This document shows, in pieces, positions 55,001 through 64,000 of a stretch of 64,000 bases of DNA (position 1 is its first letter; the number at the start of each line of letters is the position of its first letter). The translations under genes and the position numbers were made by a program. Location: the NCBI GenBank assembly GCA_040954595.2, contig CM082584.2, forward strand, positions 1,288,281-1,352,280, read 5' to 3'. The notes beneath the pieces were generated by a model. It saw only the letters and a list, made by a program, of their open reading frames with translations, did not search any database and was not told the origin of the DNA. The DNA is from Balanoglossus misakiensis (Eukaryota > Animalia > Hemichordata).

Positions 55001-58000
55001 ACCAACAGGCAATTAAAGGTATACGGTCACCTATGGAAAATTAGCTATAGTTACCATGGCAAATTGAGATGTAGCCAATCACAGATTTTTAGTGGGTGGC
55101 ACACGCGAAAAAAGAGCGCCGCCATATGATCTCATCTCAGCCATATATGGTCCTATGTAACCACCTCATGTCATTTACAGAATTGGAACACCCTAAAGAA
55201 TGTCATGCAGACAATGTCACGTGTTGTTCCATGACCAACCAAACAACAAACTCATGTCCAAATCAATTAAATTCCAAAGAATGCTCCAAATATGCAGAAT
55301 TGCCACGCAAGTCGAGCATACTTAAGCACTCTGCACAACTGAAACATAAAATCCAAGCTTTTAACAATACAACAATAAACAATCCATTCTGATCGAATTA
55401 ATGACCAAATAAAACGAAAAACACAACTCGACCCACAAAAAGTTTACGAAGCACTTTTAATCGCTCATTAATGTTTGATCTCGAGGAGACGTGTGAAAAA
55501 ATCCGCTATGAAAAGCAGGGGAGAACAATAGCCTATTTTTACCAGGTAAACAGACACCAGGTAAAAATCCACCCATGCTTCCAGACCGCTCTAGGATAGT
55601 GATCCACCCAATGAAACTGTATCTCTTTAACTTTAATTTGCAAACTCGTGGAATTGATCATTTTATAAATCGCTCCATTTTGACGTTTTCTCTGTAGTTT
55701 GTTAATACGAATTTTGTCTGTGCCAAATCTGTCCTCTAATACTGTCACTTGTATTAGAGTTCAAATTACACAGAAGTATAATACAACGTTTTGAAAAAGA
55801 CAGACATTTTTCGTGGGAACGGTGATATACTTAGGCCACACTCGAACTAAAAACAAAAGTCTATATTTTATCAAAAATGCCTTGGACGCACAAACATCTA
55901 CAGGATGTGGAAGGGGCGGGTCAAAACCGCGATCTACAACTGTGCCTCCCCCCCCCCGGCTGTCTTGCTTCTATTTGGAGTGTCAATATGTGATTTAGCG
56001 TTTTTTACGGCAGAGACTAAGCTTTGTTCTTGTTTCACTCCATTTGCTGCATTGTGCTGTGCTCTGGTATTTCTCCAGGGTCTACGGTTACACTATAGGC
56101 TGATTAGTCGTATCTTTACTACACAGACAAAAAACTTCGAAGCTTTATGTCTGTGCCTTTTATGAACAAGCATCGTCCGATTCGAATTCGACTCGTCATC
56201 GGTAGCTATGTTTATTTCGCCCTTGGAGACCTCCCCTGGCCTCGTTAGGATGACTGTTACCAGGACTACCTTAAACCAATCTTTTCGAACCGGACGGTAC
56301 ACACGACATGTCTATGTTAATTGTCCAGGTACCAGAGTGTACGTGTGGGCTCCCTAAACCCCTCATTGGCGGCCGGTCCCTGTCCGAATAAACACGTTTG
56401 ACAGACAAAAAATGATGAACAAGTGGCTTACTTCAATACTTCGTTAACTAGACGGCTGAACTCTGAATGTTGATTCAGCAAAAAAAATGTGTTTACGGCA
56501 AGGTTTCGATCAATATGACACATTTACCATTGAAAACGCCCAAAGTAAGTGGGGGCGTTTGACCATCAATCAAACCCACGCCCAGGTGCATGTGAACGGC
56601 CGAAGCAGTGTAACGTTTCACATTCCGTGCAACGTCCGACACTGTGTGAAAGCGGTTGCTGTCGGGTGGCTTGACCTAATTTTCGTACATTGATATGCAT
56701 TTGACACCTCACTACCTGTTTTCTTAATATTGCTAAACCTTTGCGTTGAAATATCACTGAAATGTTGATGATCCACGCACAAGTCGTCTACCCCGGCATG
56801 AAAAGCTTTTATACAAGAAAACTAATTGCACATGACCACCAAGGTCATACCGCAAGGTGTGTCTAAATGTCAAGGAAGGACATTGGGAGGGGGGACTTGG
56901 GTCAAGAACGACCATGACGGAGGAAAAACCGACAAGTCATTGTGTAACCTGTTTACTTGCCAATAGTCAAACGTCAAAATTTACTCTCAACTTGGTTGCA
57001 GATCGAGTCTCCCGAATTTCCAACGTTTATGATTGGGTAAATACCGATATGCGACTGGTATGCGACGCGTTGACGACGCGAAGATTTTGTTGAAATCAAA
57101 TGGTTTGTCAAATGTCATCTCACAGTGGAGATACCGTGGTCATCTGACATGAAAGGGTTCGATTGGGTCTGACCGCCGTCGTTCATCCATGCTTAGAAAG
57201 CGGCGATCATGGTACAAAGTAAAACCAAGGTCAAACCTTACTGAACACATGTATTGCACGGAGAAACTGTTCTCCCTGTCTGTGTACTGAACACGTACCG
57301 TGATTGCCATAGTTACAAACGTTACCACGTGAGAGAGAGTGCATTTTACATCTGTCTTTTCAATTTTGTTGCTTTCTTACTATTTGGAATGATGGATTCG
57401 AAACGAAAACTTTTTGCTTCAGGTGGACCTAGGGGAAATACCTTATTTGTGATTTTTTTCATGACCCTAAAAAGACGTCGGAATTAATGTGGCTGAGGTC
57501 ACTCAGGACGACGGAATGGTTGAGCGATTTTCTTTTATGAGCTCCCACTAGTATTTGTTTTATTGTTTCGGCAGTGTGTCGCGTTATTCGAGCAATCTGC
57601 AGTCTGAAAACGAACGGTTTTCAAAGTTTATAACAGAAGAACAGGGGTTTAAGCATGAAAGGTCCTGTTGTCTCCCTCGCTGTGTTTGTGTCACTGTGTC
57701 TTTGACGTCTGACTGACTGATTAACTGGCTGACTGACTTACTGACTGTCTGTCAACGTCGGTCTGTCTGACTGTCTGCCCCCTCTCTCTGAGAGAGAGAG
57801 TGAGCGAGCGAGCGAGCGACCGATGAGTGTCTCTACTGATGAATGTTGCTCTGTCTGTCTGCCTGTGTCTGTCTGCCACTCTGCCTGTTTCACTCTGTCT
57901 CTCCTAATTTCTTTAAAATTAGGGATATGCTATTAATGCGATATGAAAGTCAGACACGACGGAAACCTTTTATTCTCAAAACTGTCTGTTGTTTGCTGTT

Positions 58001-59374
58001 AAATATTGCAAAATGTTAAGGGCCCTTTTCGCACGAGACACATGGCTTTCCAGCCGTAGCTCCCAGTGTCATAACGATTACCCGAACTACCCTAATTTTA
58101 GCCCGCCGACCCAAAACAGTTTAGATCTTCGTAAACCGGAAGTAAAAATAACGATGTCAAATATACAACAATTCATGAAAATTGCGAGAATCACGCAAGA
58201 ACTATGATCTCATTCTTCTACACTACGACGGCCAAAGATATAAAAAAATTGAAAAATAAAAAAATGTCCCTTTCTACCTACCCTATTTTTGAAAACCATG
58301 TAATCGGAATAGCACATATTAGTTTTTTTGGCCTGAGACATATCCAATTTCCCAACTGAACATGACACGTGATCAAGCATTTTCGACTTATCAGATGCAA
58401 TCGCTGAACACCTCACATTAAGCGAGGTTTTGTCTGTCTTTATACGCGCCCTTTGTATTTGTGCGTGACATGTCCAAGCCTTGTTAGGATCTCCCGTAAA
58501 ATTCTACTCAAATGATGTATACTTTCATACCTACGACTGACAGGTATTTTCAGCGTTGCCAGCTGATTGTTTGTCAGGTACCGCTTTATAACAAGACGCC
58601 CCTCTGAGTTGATAACCTGCAATGTAACATCATTCAATTGGTCTAGTCATGTTAGCATTAGTAAAATGCTTCAAAAGTGTTAAAGGGACATGATACAAGA
58701 CACCGTTTATGTTAGTGAATGAACGTTCAACCACACACAACTTCCATCCCGCTTGTATGATACGAGAGTAAAAACTCGCCCGAAATGAATAAATGGTAGA
58801 GACCGTTTATTCATTTTGGCGACTTTTTAAAACTCTCGTGTCTATACAAGCGGAGTGGAAGGTGTGTATGGTTGAACGTTGATTCACTATATCCACATGT
58901 AGAATAATATAAACGCAGTCTTGTATCAAACATAATTAATGGAAAAAGGGCAGCGAGAGAGAGACTTTGTCCCTTTAATGAATACAGCCACAATGTTCTG
59001 TTTATATCTACTGACGGACCAGGCATGGATTGTCACGTATAATTCTTTGAAACGTTTGGTCCTCTGAAGAAATCTGAGCACTCATCTACTCAGTTTGCTT
59101 ATATTTTCTTCCTCCACCAGTCAGTGGTATCGTCCGATTTGATACTCCACTCTAAGCCTCTTTCTGAATGGCTCTTGAAGTTGTGATCTGTAAGTCTTAA
59201 ACCTTTCATCACTTTCACCTTTCACCCCCCCCCCCCCCGTTTCCAACATTACCATAGAAAACAATTGGTTTTGACTGAACCATGTTGGTGAAAGGGCTAG
59301 GGTCAATTCAACTTACCTTCTGGACATTCATATTTCACAAAGGGTGTTCCAAACAGCGCTCCAAGATCCAATTG
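42899..59374 (-). CDS. uif: Multi-exon gene (partial at both ends) for an Uninflatable-like extracellular protein: C-type lectin - CUB - CUB - CUB - sushi stub - EGF_Ca - EGF_Ca
   Basis: 11 exons with AG/GT borders: 59374-59317, 52969-52851, 52401-52186, 50247-50046, 49752-49601, 48770-48569, 45695-45511, 44857-44674, 43937-43884, 43734-43606, 43084-42899. Phases are compatible from 50247 downward. Domain order and the EGF insert GYLLYANNGTGGFYLPPGETG...FNQSCV match my recollection of Drosophila Uif; no database search was run. Confidence 0.72.
43235..43450. mobile_element. Dispersed repeat fragment; diverged inverted copy at ~59490-59700
   Basis: Shared blocks such as GAGCTATGTGTAAAATTTC.TGAAAATGACAATAGTAGAAG, TTTATCTCAAAATAGA and CCAATGGTTTG.CTATGGA match in reverse complement. 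Confidence 0.75.
43606..43734 (-). CDS. Exon: calcium-binding EGF domain
   Basis: tttcag|(D)INECSTLGAPCGINQVCENRDGDYQCACLVGFEPDVNGTACK|gtgaga; 129 nt, phase 1-1, six Cys. Confidence 0.93.
43884..43937 (-). CDS. 54-nt exon: N-terminal stub of a sushi/CCP-like module
   Basis: ttctgacag|(D)CPEIVIGEGVVTSTEIE|gtatga; phase 1-1 fits both neighbours. Confidence 0.7.
44009..44240. mobile_element. MITE with ~70-bp TIRs
   Basis: TAAAGTGAAGGGGTCGTCGCAATGCGTTTGTTTATAAACATTACAATTCATCCACAAATCCCT is mirrored by AGGGATTTGTGGATGAATTGCAATGTTTATAAACAAAC...GCGACGACCCCATCACTTTA. Confidence 0.88.
44456..44666. mobile_element. TA-flanked MITE (Tc1/mariner-pogo-like ends)
   Basis: TA-CTGTAAAACACTTTATTTTC ... GAAAATAAAGTGTTTTACAG-TA. 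Confidence 0.85.
44674..44857 (-). CDS. Exon: CUB3, C-terminal half
   Basis: ctgaag|VYNGTESDDDVIIGPWSGNSDG...GHFSVVFRSSRTRPAKGFRASFSP|gtacac; 184 nt, phase 0-1. Confidence 0.88.
44895..45346. mobile_element. Two related TA-flanked MITE copies in opposite orientation (~44895-45090 and 45137-45346); fragment at ~49982-50022
   Basis: TACCGTAAAACGGGAAA... and TACTGTAAAATGGGAAA...CCCGTTTTACAGTA. The internal sequences are reverse complements and resemble 44456-44666. Confidence 0.78.
45511..45695 (-). CDS. Exon: CUB3, N-terminal half
   Basis: ctttaaag|(G)CQGIEILRSFGTIQSPGYDVSTYPDDVMCSWLIKEPTGRPLTLIFDENFGLERNTDVDYII|gtgagt; 185 nt, phase 1-0. Confidence 0.92.
45704..47757. mobile_element. Non-autonomous Helentron-type (HINE/DINE-1/pearl-like) element with central tandem array
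   Basis: Starts AAACAAG, has subterminal IR GAGCTCTGCTGAC, a 146-bp core array, a (GGAC/GACG)n microsatellite at 47671-47702, terminal hairpin AGCTTGGCTG...CAGCCGAGCT and then AAAAA. Confidence 0.82.
45931..47655. repeat. 146-bp tandem array, ~12 copies, with a 729-bp (5-mer) internal duplication
   Basis: TCTAATTT(G/A/T)CATATT(T/C)ATGACCC at 45931, 46077, 46223, 46369, 46515 and onward; matching spurious ORFs at 46488 and 47217. Confidence 0.96.
48131..48487. mobile_element. Palindromic TTAA-flanked MITE family A, copy 1
   Basis: TTAAAGGGACAAAGTTTCTCTCACTCGCTGCCCTTTTTCC ... GGAAAAAGGGTAGCGAGAGAGAGTGTTTGTCCCTTTAA; nearly the whole element folds back around GGTAGAGACC. Confidence 0.92.
48569..48770 (-). 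CDS. Exon: CUB2, C-terminal half
   Basis: tttcag|FISFATEDGANQVSVYDGAELNPALRLALFSGMELPNVIISSKSMMRVDIKSDDAVTMRGFHAHYWA|gtaggt; 202 nt, phase 0-1. Confidence 0.93.
48882..49163. mobile_element. MITE family A, copy 2 (internally deleted)
   Basis: TTAAGGGGCAAAGTCTCTCTCTCTCGCTGC ... GGGCAGCGAGAGAGAGAGACTTCGTCCCTATAA. Confidence 0.9.
49601..49752 (-). CDS. Exon: CUB2, N-terminal half
   Basis: ctttcag|(V)YSLCGGNFIAQSYKQNLSSTEYFEGKNYLNNEDCNWQLASFTTEFVVTLQ|gtaaat; 152 nt, phase 1-0. Confidence 0.92.
50046..50247 (-). CDS. Exon: CUB1, C-terminal half
   Basis: tttcag|FLHFDTELYHDTVVIVEVSVFDPSKVLATYSGPDQPDEVISSGNAMLVKFLSDSSHTATGFEASWQA|gtaata; 202 nt, phase 0-1. Confidence 0.9.
51845..52090. repeat. CT-rich polypyrimidine low-complexity tract
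   Basis: Mosaic of (CT)n and (CCCT)n. Confidence 0.9.
52186..52401 (-). CDS. Exon: C-type lectin domain, C-terminal part
   Basis: ttttatag|(G)FSGPNRDGSVEYDYSDGRKGSVFDGRWPDTEPDASTGQCVRLNLFENNYPLYHARCDDVSLSMCEVAACAE|gtaagt; 216 nt, phase 1-1. Confidence 0.9.
52438..52637. mobile_element. 200-bp hAT-like MITE
   Basis: TIRs CAGTGTTTCATCCAG / CTGGATGAAAAACTG; direct repeat CATACAG (7 bp exact) on both sides. Confidence 0.8.
52851..52969 (-). CDS. Exon: C-type lectin domain, middle part (missing from the ORF track)
   Basis: ttttcag|a-FYGGHLTVIEGYSENRYAGAEIVNQIEETSNETANHGWI-g|gtgagt; the WIG-F motif spans the junction; 119 nt, phase 2-1. Confidence 0.88.
53705..54020. mobile_element. 316-bp element with ~51-bp inverted ends and a 10-bp flanking direct repeat (Mutator-like MITE or local inversion)
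   Basis: TTGCTGCAGTTTGCAGCCCCTCCATCTCCCCTG is mirrored at ~53988-54020; GGGCTGGGGG at 53695-53704 and 54021-54030. Confidence 0.65.
57700..57903. repeat. Compound microsatellite cluster (GACT)n/(GA)n/(GAGC)n/(GTCT)n
   Basis: Read directly from the sequence. Confidence 0.8.
58680..58978. mobile_element. MITE family A, copy 3
   Basis: TTAAAGGGACA ... GGCAGCGAGAGAGAGACTTTGTCCCTTTAA, with the same palindromic core. Confidence 0.9.
59317..59374 (-). CDS. Probable exon: N-terminal segment ending at the first Cys of the C-type lectin
   Basis: ttgtaacag|QLDLGALFGTPFVKYECPE-g|gtaagt; 58 nt, phase 0-1. CPxG is the usual start of a long-form CTL. Confidence 0.65.
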
Positions 59375-59797
59375 CTGTTACAAATAAACAATAAGTTAGC
59401 TGCCAGTACACTCAATGATGTACGCGCAGAACGTCAACTGGTAAACTGTGCGCCTGTGTCTCTTCCCATAGGAGTACATGGAGAATAGTTAGAAAACTCC
59501 CTTCTACTATTGTCATTTTCATGAAATTTTACACATAGCTCCGACAAATCAAAATAAATTCACCACGGTCTATTTTGAGATAAACTTTGTTCAATATTGT
59601 ATCCATAGGCAAACCATTGGTAGAAAATGCTGACCGTCAGCAGTTTTCTTCAATTATCGACTAAATTCACGGCCTTGTTTAAAGTCGAAAACAAGTGCAG
59701 TGACCCAAAATGGATTTACATTATACATACAAATCAGAAACGAAAATCCACGATTAAAAGAAATGACAATGCTTTAAATTTTACCGATCGTACATCC

Positions 59798-60125
59798 TTA
59801 ACTCGCTGCCCTTTTCCATGTTTGATACAAAACATCGTTTATGTTAATGTAAATGTGGATATATAGTGATGCAACGTTCAACCGCGCACACCTTCCATCC
59901 CGCATGTAGACACGAGAGCGAAAACTCGCCAAACTGAAAAATCGGTCTCTACCATTTATTCATTTTGGGCGAGTTTTTACTCTCATATCATACAAGCAGG
60001 ATGGAAGTTGTGTGTGGTTGAACGTTCATTCACTACATATACACATGCCCATTAATATAAACGGTGTCTTGTATCAAACATAATTAATAGAAAAGGGCGA
60101 CGGGAGAGAGAGTTTGCCCCTTTAA
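59798..60125. mobile_element. MITE family A, copy 4 (left end truncated, inverted core)
   Basis: CTCGCTGCCCTTTTCCAT ... GAAAAGGGCGACGGGAGAGAGAGTTTGCCCCTTTAA. Confidence 0.88.
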
Positions 60126-60862
60126 GGCGACATGATGCATGAAGTGGCGAGAGATAAACGCGACTGACCACCGCATTAAACACTGTCAAGCAAGGCACTT
60201 CAAATGCCAATTGTTTAAGTGTGTACTAAGTAATAGCTTCATGTACCATGTCCTGGGGGGGGGGGGGGAGGGGTCAAATCACAACAGTTGGACATGTACG
60301 AATATGAAGAGACGATATCAGTTTTTTTCATGTCTTCCTTTAGTAAACAATCTTTTTTGAACTTTGTATAGAGTTCATTGAACTTTACTTTAGCTTATGA
60401 ACTCTCATTTGCACATCGTCATCTTGAAATTGTGTCGACTTTATCATAAGGTTTTTATAACTCAATTAGGTCGCAAAACCTATTTAAGTTAGTGAGAATA
60501 GGACGTTCACCTTTTGGGTTGATGGCTACAGACGTTAATCCTGACTCATACACATGTTGCAGCCAGTATACTCTGCAGACATTGGACACAATAGTTTTAC
60601 GAACCATTAAATTTTATTGGACCATCAAGTTTATTGACCCATGACGTTCATATAAATTTTATGACACGACTGACGCTATAATCGGTCCATACCTTCGGCG
60701 AGCCAAGTGTTTTACAACATCATAAGATATTAATACCTATCACCCAGTCAAACGATTTCAAGTTATACAATTTCCACGCCAATAGGACGCCTTTAGGGGG
60801 AAATGCAACCAGGTATCCTGAATAGGAAAATATTTCGGGTATCTGTCAAGTTTAGTCCCATA

Positions 60863-63800
60863 TTTAGGGGACCAAGAGCCCTCATGCGCTTGGTCCCCTT
60901 CTGTTATTGCTGGAGTTTGTCTTCTTTCTTCTTGAGTCGTTTTTTTACGCCCGTTTTTCTCTGAAATTCCGGCCGGTGCGCCTTCCAAATTTGGCACGGT
61001 GGTTGGGGCCCATAGTACTGGTGCACCTGCCCTTTGAATTTGTAATTAGTCACGTGACTTTGTTGCTATAATCGAGCGAAATTTTCAAATTGACCTAATT
61101 TGCACGTTAATGGGGGCATGTACATTCTTTTCGCGATTTTTGTAGACCATGTGGCCAAAATCCCCTGTGCCAAATTTCAAGGTCCTAGGCCACGTCGATT
61201 TTGAGAAGAAGAATTTTGTAATATTTTTTCGCTTTTTTTGGTGGGCTGAGGACGGACACTGGGGCATCGGACTTTGACCGTCATTACGTTATGTTGTGGA
61301 GATCTCATTAGCAGGCTACTCACTTCTGGCGGGTTGCAGTAGTCCTTGGAAAATCGGCTAAAATACGTAAACAGACCAGTGATTATTTTCCACAGAATGA
61401 ATTTTGGGACAACACATTATCGGAGTTCAGGCTGTGTTAGGGCGTTTTATTGAATTACGCTGAGTTTGGATTGACCACTGTGTTACCACTGACATTTCTC
61501 ATAGCAATGTTCTTTCAATTTCGAGTCTTTGCAATGTTGTTGACTCCGACCATATTCCTGTTTCAATAGAGGTTCATTTCAACACTTCTGCTGATGAAAG
61601 CTTCAGCAGTAGTTCCTTCAAGCAATGTAATTTTCGAGTTGATTGGAAAAAATTGTCACAGCAGAATATATCCGCCTACACCGGTTGTACCAAAGCCAAG
61701 ATTGATAAGATTAATTTATCCGAAGAGTTATTCTGCAGTAATGTGAACTGTACAGACCCTTCGCATTTACAGGCAATTGATACTTGTTATAGTAGTATTG
61801 TGGACGCATTGAATTGTGCTGCAAAAGATACCATTAGGCGTAAGTTTCACCAGAAAGTTCATGTTGTGCCTGGCTGGAACGATTTTGTAAAAGAAAGTCA
61901 CGACTATGCCCGTTCCATGTTTTTATTATGGGTTAATGTGGGTAAACCTAAACAAGGCCCGCTTTTTGAAACCATGAAATCTTCCAGAGCTCGTTTTTAG
62001 TATGCTTTACGTCCTTGTAAAAAGATTGAGAATCAAAATAGGCTGCCACAAACAGAACGACTTCTGGAAGGAAGTCAGAAAGCAAACTAGCATAAAAACG
62101 CCGCTTTCTGACACTGTAGGTGGAGCGACTGGTGAGAGTGAAATTGCAATTATGTGGCACAAGCATTTCAGTGATATTTTGAATTCTGTCCAGGCTCAGA
62201 CTGGTAAAAATGACATCGAGGAGAAAATGAAGTATGTTAAATTTTCTTCTGATATGTATGTTTCTGAAGACGAAGTAATTTCTGCTATACATAAGTTACC
62301 TGACGGTAAGACAGCTGGCATTGACAATATTTTAGCTGAGCACCTCAAATTCTCAGACTCCTCTATTTTACCCTTTTTGACTTGTTGTATTAATGCAATG
62401 ATTGTTCATGGTTACCTGCCAACTGAGGCTATCAATGTTATTTTAGTTCCAATTATTAAGGATAAAACTAAGCTTTGTAGTGATGCCAGTAACTACCGGC
62501 CGATAGCACTAGCAACTGTTTTCTCTAAAGTTTTTGAGCATATTTTACTTTCTCGTTGTGAGGAGTTTCTTACCTCTCATTATTTACAATTTGGTTTCAA
62601 GCGAGAACATTCAACTGACCTGTGTTTATTTGCATTTAAAGAAATCATTAGCTACTACACCAGCAATGGAAGACCAGTGTTTACTTGTTTTCTGGATGCT
62701 TCAAAAGCTTTTGACAGAGTTAATCACGTTAAACTGGTTATAATTAACAAGCACATCGACAGGAATGTTCCCTTGTATGCTGTACGAATTTTATATTAAT
62801 GGTACAGAAATCAATTGTTTACTGTGTTGTGGGGTAATGAAACCTCAGAGTTGTTTTCTGTTTCTAACGGTGTAAGACAAGGGGGAGTACTCTCTCCCTA
62901 TCTTTTTAATGTCTACATTGATGATATTATCAATGCACTCTGTAAAGCCAAAGTTGGCTGTACCATGTGTGGTGTCAGCGCTAACATTTTAGGTTACGCT
63001 GACGACATGACTCTACTCAGTCCAAGTATTAAGGGTCTACGCCGTCTTCTTAGAATTTGTGAAATTTATGGCAAGGATTATGATATCATTTATAATTCTA
63101 GTAAAACTGTGTGCATGCGTTTTAATGGGAAGAATATGAGCGTTCAAAGAATTCCTTCGGTTAAACTTAATGATATCACTTTAAAGTTTGTACCTGTACA
63201 CACCTATCTGGGCCATGTTATATCTTGTGATGGTTGTGATAATGAAGATATTGAACGACAGAGAAGAGCATTTTGTGTAAGAGCAAACATGATATTGAGA
63301 CATTTTCAACATTGTAGTCAAGATGTGAAGAAAGTTTTATTTTTGGCATATTGTAGTAATATTTACTGTTGCAGTTTGTGGGCATCCTTTAAAGTTAAAC
63401 CGATGAAAAAATTTAAAACTATGTACAATAATGTTTGCAGAAGATTTCTCGGTCTTCCGCCATTTTGCTGTGCATCGGGTATGTTTGCTACAAACCATGT
63501 ACATGTATTGTCACTTGGTGAAGTTTTTAGACGCAATATGTACAGTTTTAAGCGTAGACTCGAAAATTCTTCTAATGTTTTACTTGATGCGATCTGTTCA
63601 TCAGATAGAGCGACTGACAGCATATTTTTTCAAACATTGGCGAAAGCAATTGTATATCATGTAAGTTTTTTTGTGTGTGTGTCTCAGTTTCAGATTTTTA
63701 TTATTGTTTTTTTTTCTTCTCTGTTTTGGGTATATGGACTTTTTTTAAAGTCTGAAATAAAGAATTATTATTATTTGTTAGCTGTTGCCATTCAAATGTG

Positions 63801-64000
63801 TCTACGCAAACCCGGCTACACTGGCAGTGGGCTTTGACTCTAAGTCGCTAATGTTGTGGGAGGTTTCATTAGCATTGTAGTCACATGTAGTGGATAGTAG
63901 TTTGGGAAATTGCCTGAAATACGCCAGCAGACCAGTGATTTTCTTGCACGAAGGGAGTATGGTACCAGCAATAATCAGAGATCAGGCTTCGTTGCCGTTC
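60863..64000. mobile_element. Second Helentron-type non-autonomous element with degenerate internal repeats, interrupted by the LINE and running off the window
   Basis: Terminal hairpin AGGGGACCAAG...CTTGGTCCCCT followed by a CTT-rich tract. 61291-61395 and 63851-63950 are diverged copies of one unit on either side of the LINE. Confidence 0.6.
61464..63775 (+). mobile_element. 5'-truncated, inactivated non-LTR retrotransposon (APE + RT; probably RTE-X-like clade)
   Basis: End of an APE endonuclease (WIDH...SDH) in frame with 61653. RT motifs NYRPIAL, QFGF, FLDASKAFDRV, GVRQGGVLSP and YADD. Premature TAG at 61998-62000, a frameshift near 62040, TAA at 62797-62799, then AATAAA and an (ATT)n tail. 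The clade call is from motif recall. Confidence 0.93.

Noticed and set aside
53334-58637. Numerous 60-130-aa ORFs on both strands
   Set aside because: No domain signatures and no consistent splice structure; they lie in repeat-like intronic sequence.
59030-59306. Possible old LINE 3' remnant on the minus strand (LRFLQRTKRFKEL-like)
   Set aside because: Too short and degenerate to support without an alignment.

Overview
Eukaryotic (metazoan, probably marine invertebrate) genomic DNA, with no prokaryotic-type genes, RNA genes or CRISPR array. About 39 kb (2776-42046) is one tandem satellite built from a 90-bp monomer plus 74/75-, 60- and 40-bp deletion variants, arranged in nested higher-order duplications. 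It is interrupted twice by the same 1.7-kb TIR element with a 5-bp TSD, and nearly all ORFs in the track over this region are translation artefacts of the repeat. To the right, 11 minus-strand exons with canonical splice sites encode C-type lectin, CUB x3, a sushi stub and two EGF modules. The last EGF has the long insert I recall from Drosophila Uninflatable (Uif). The gene is still open at 42899, so the satellite probably lies in one giant intron. Two expected exons could not be found. The introns hold many MITEs, a Helentron-type element with a 146-bp internal array, and a 5'-truncated, disrupted LINE (61464-63775). I see no clear new molecular system. The most interesting signals are the intronic satellite's architecture, its passenger transposon and the remodelled Uif-like gene.
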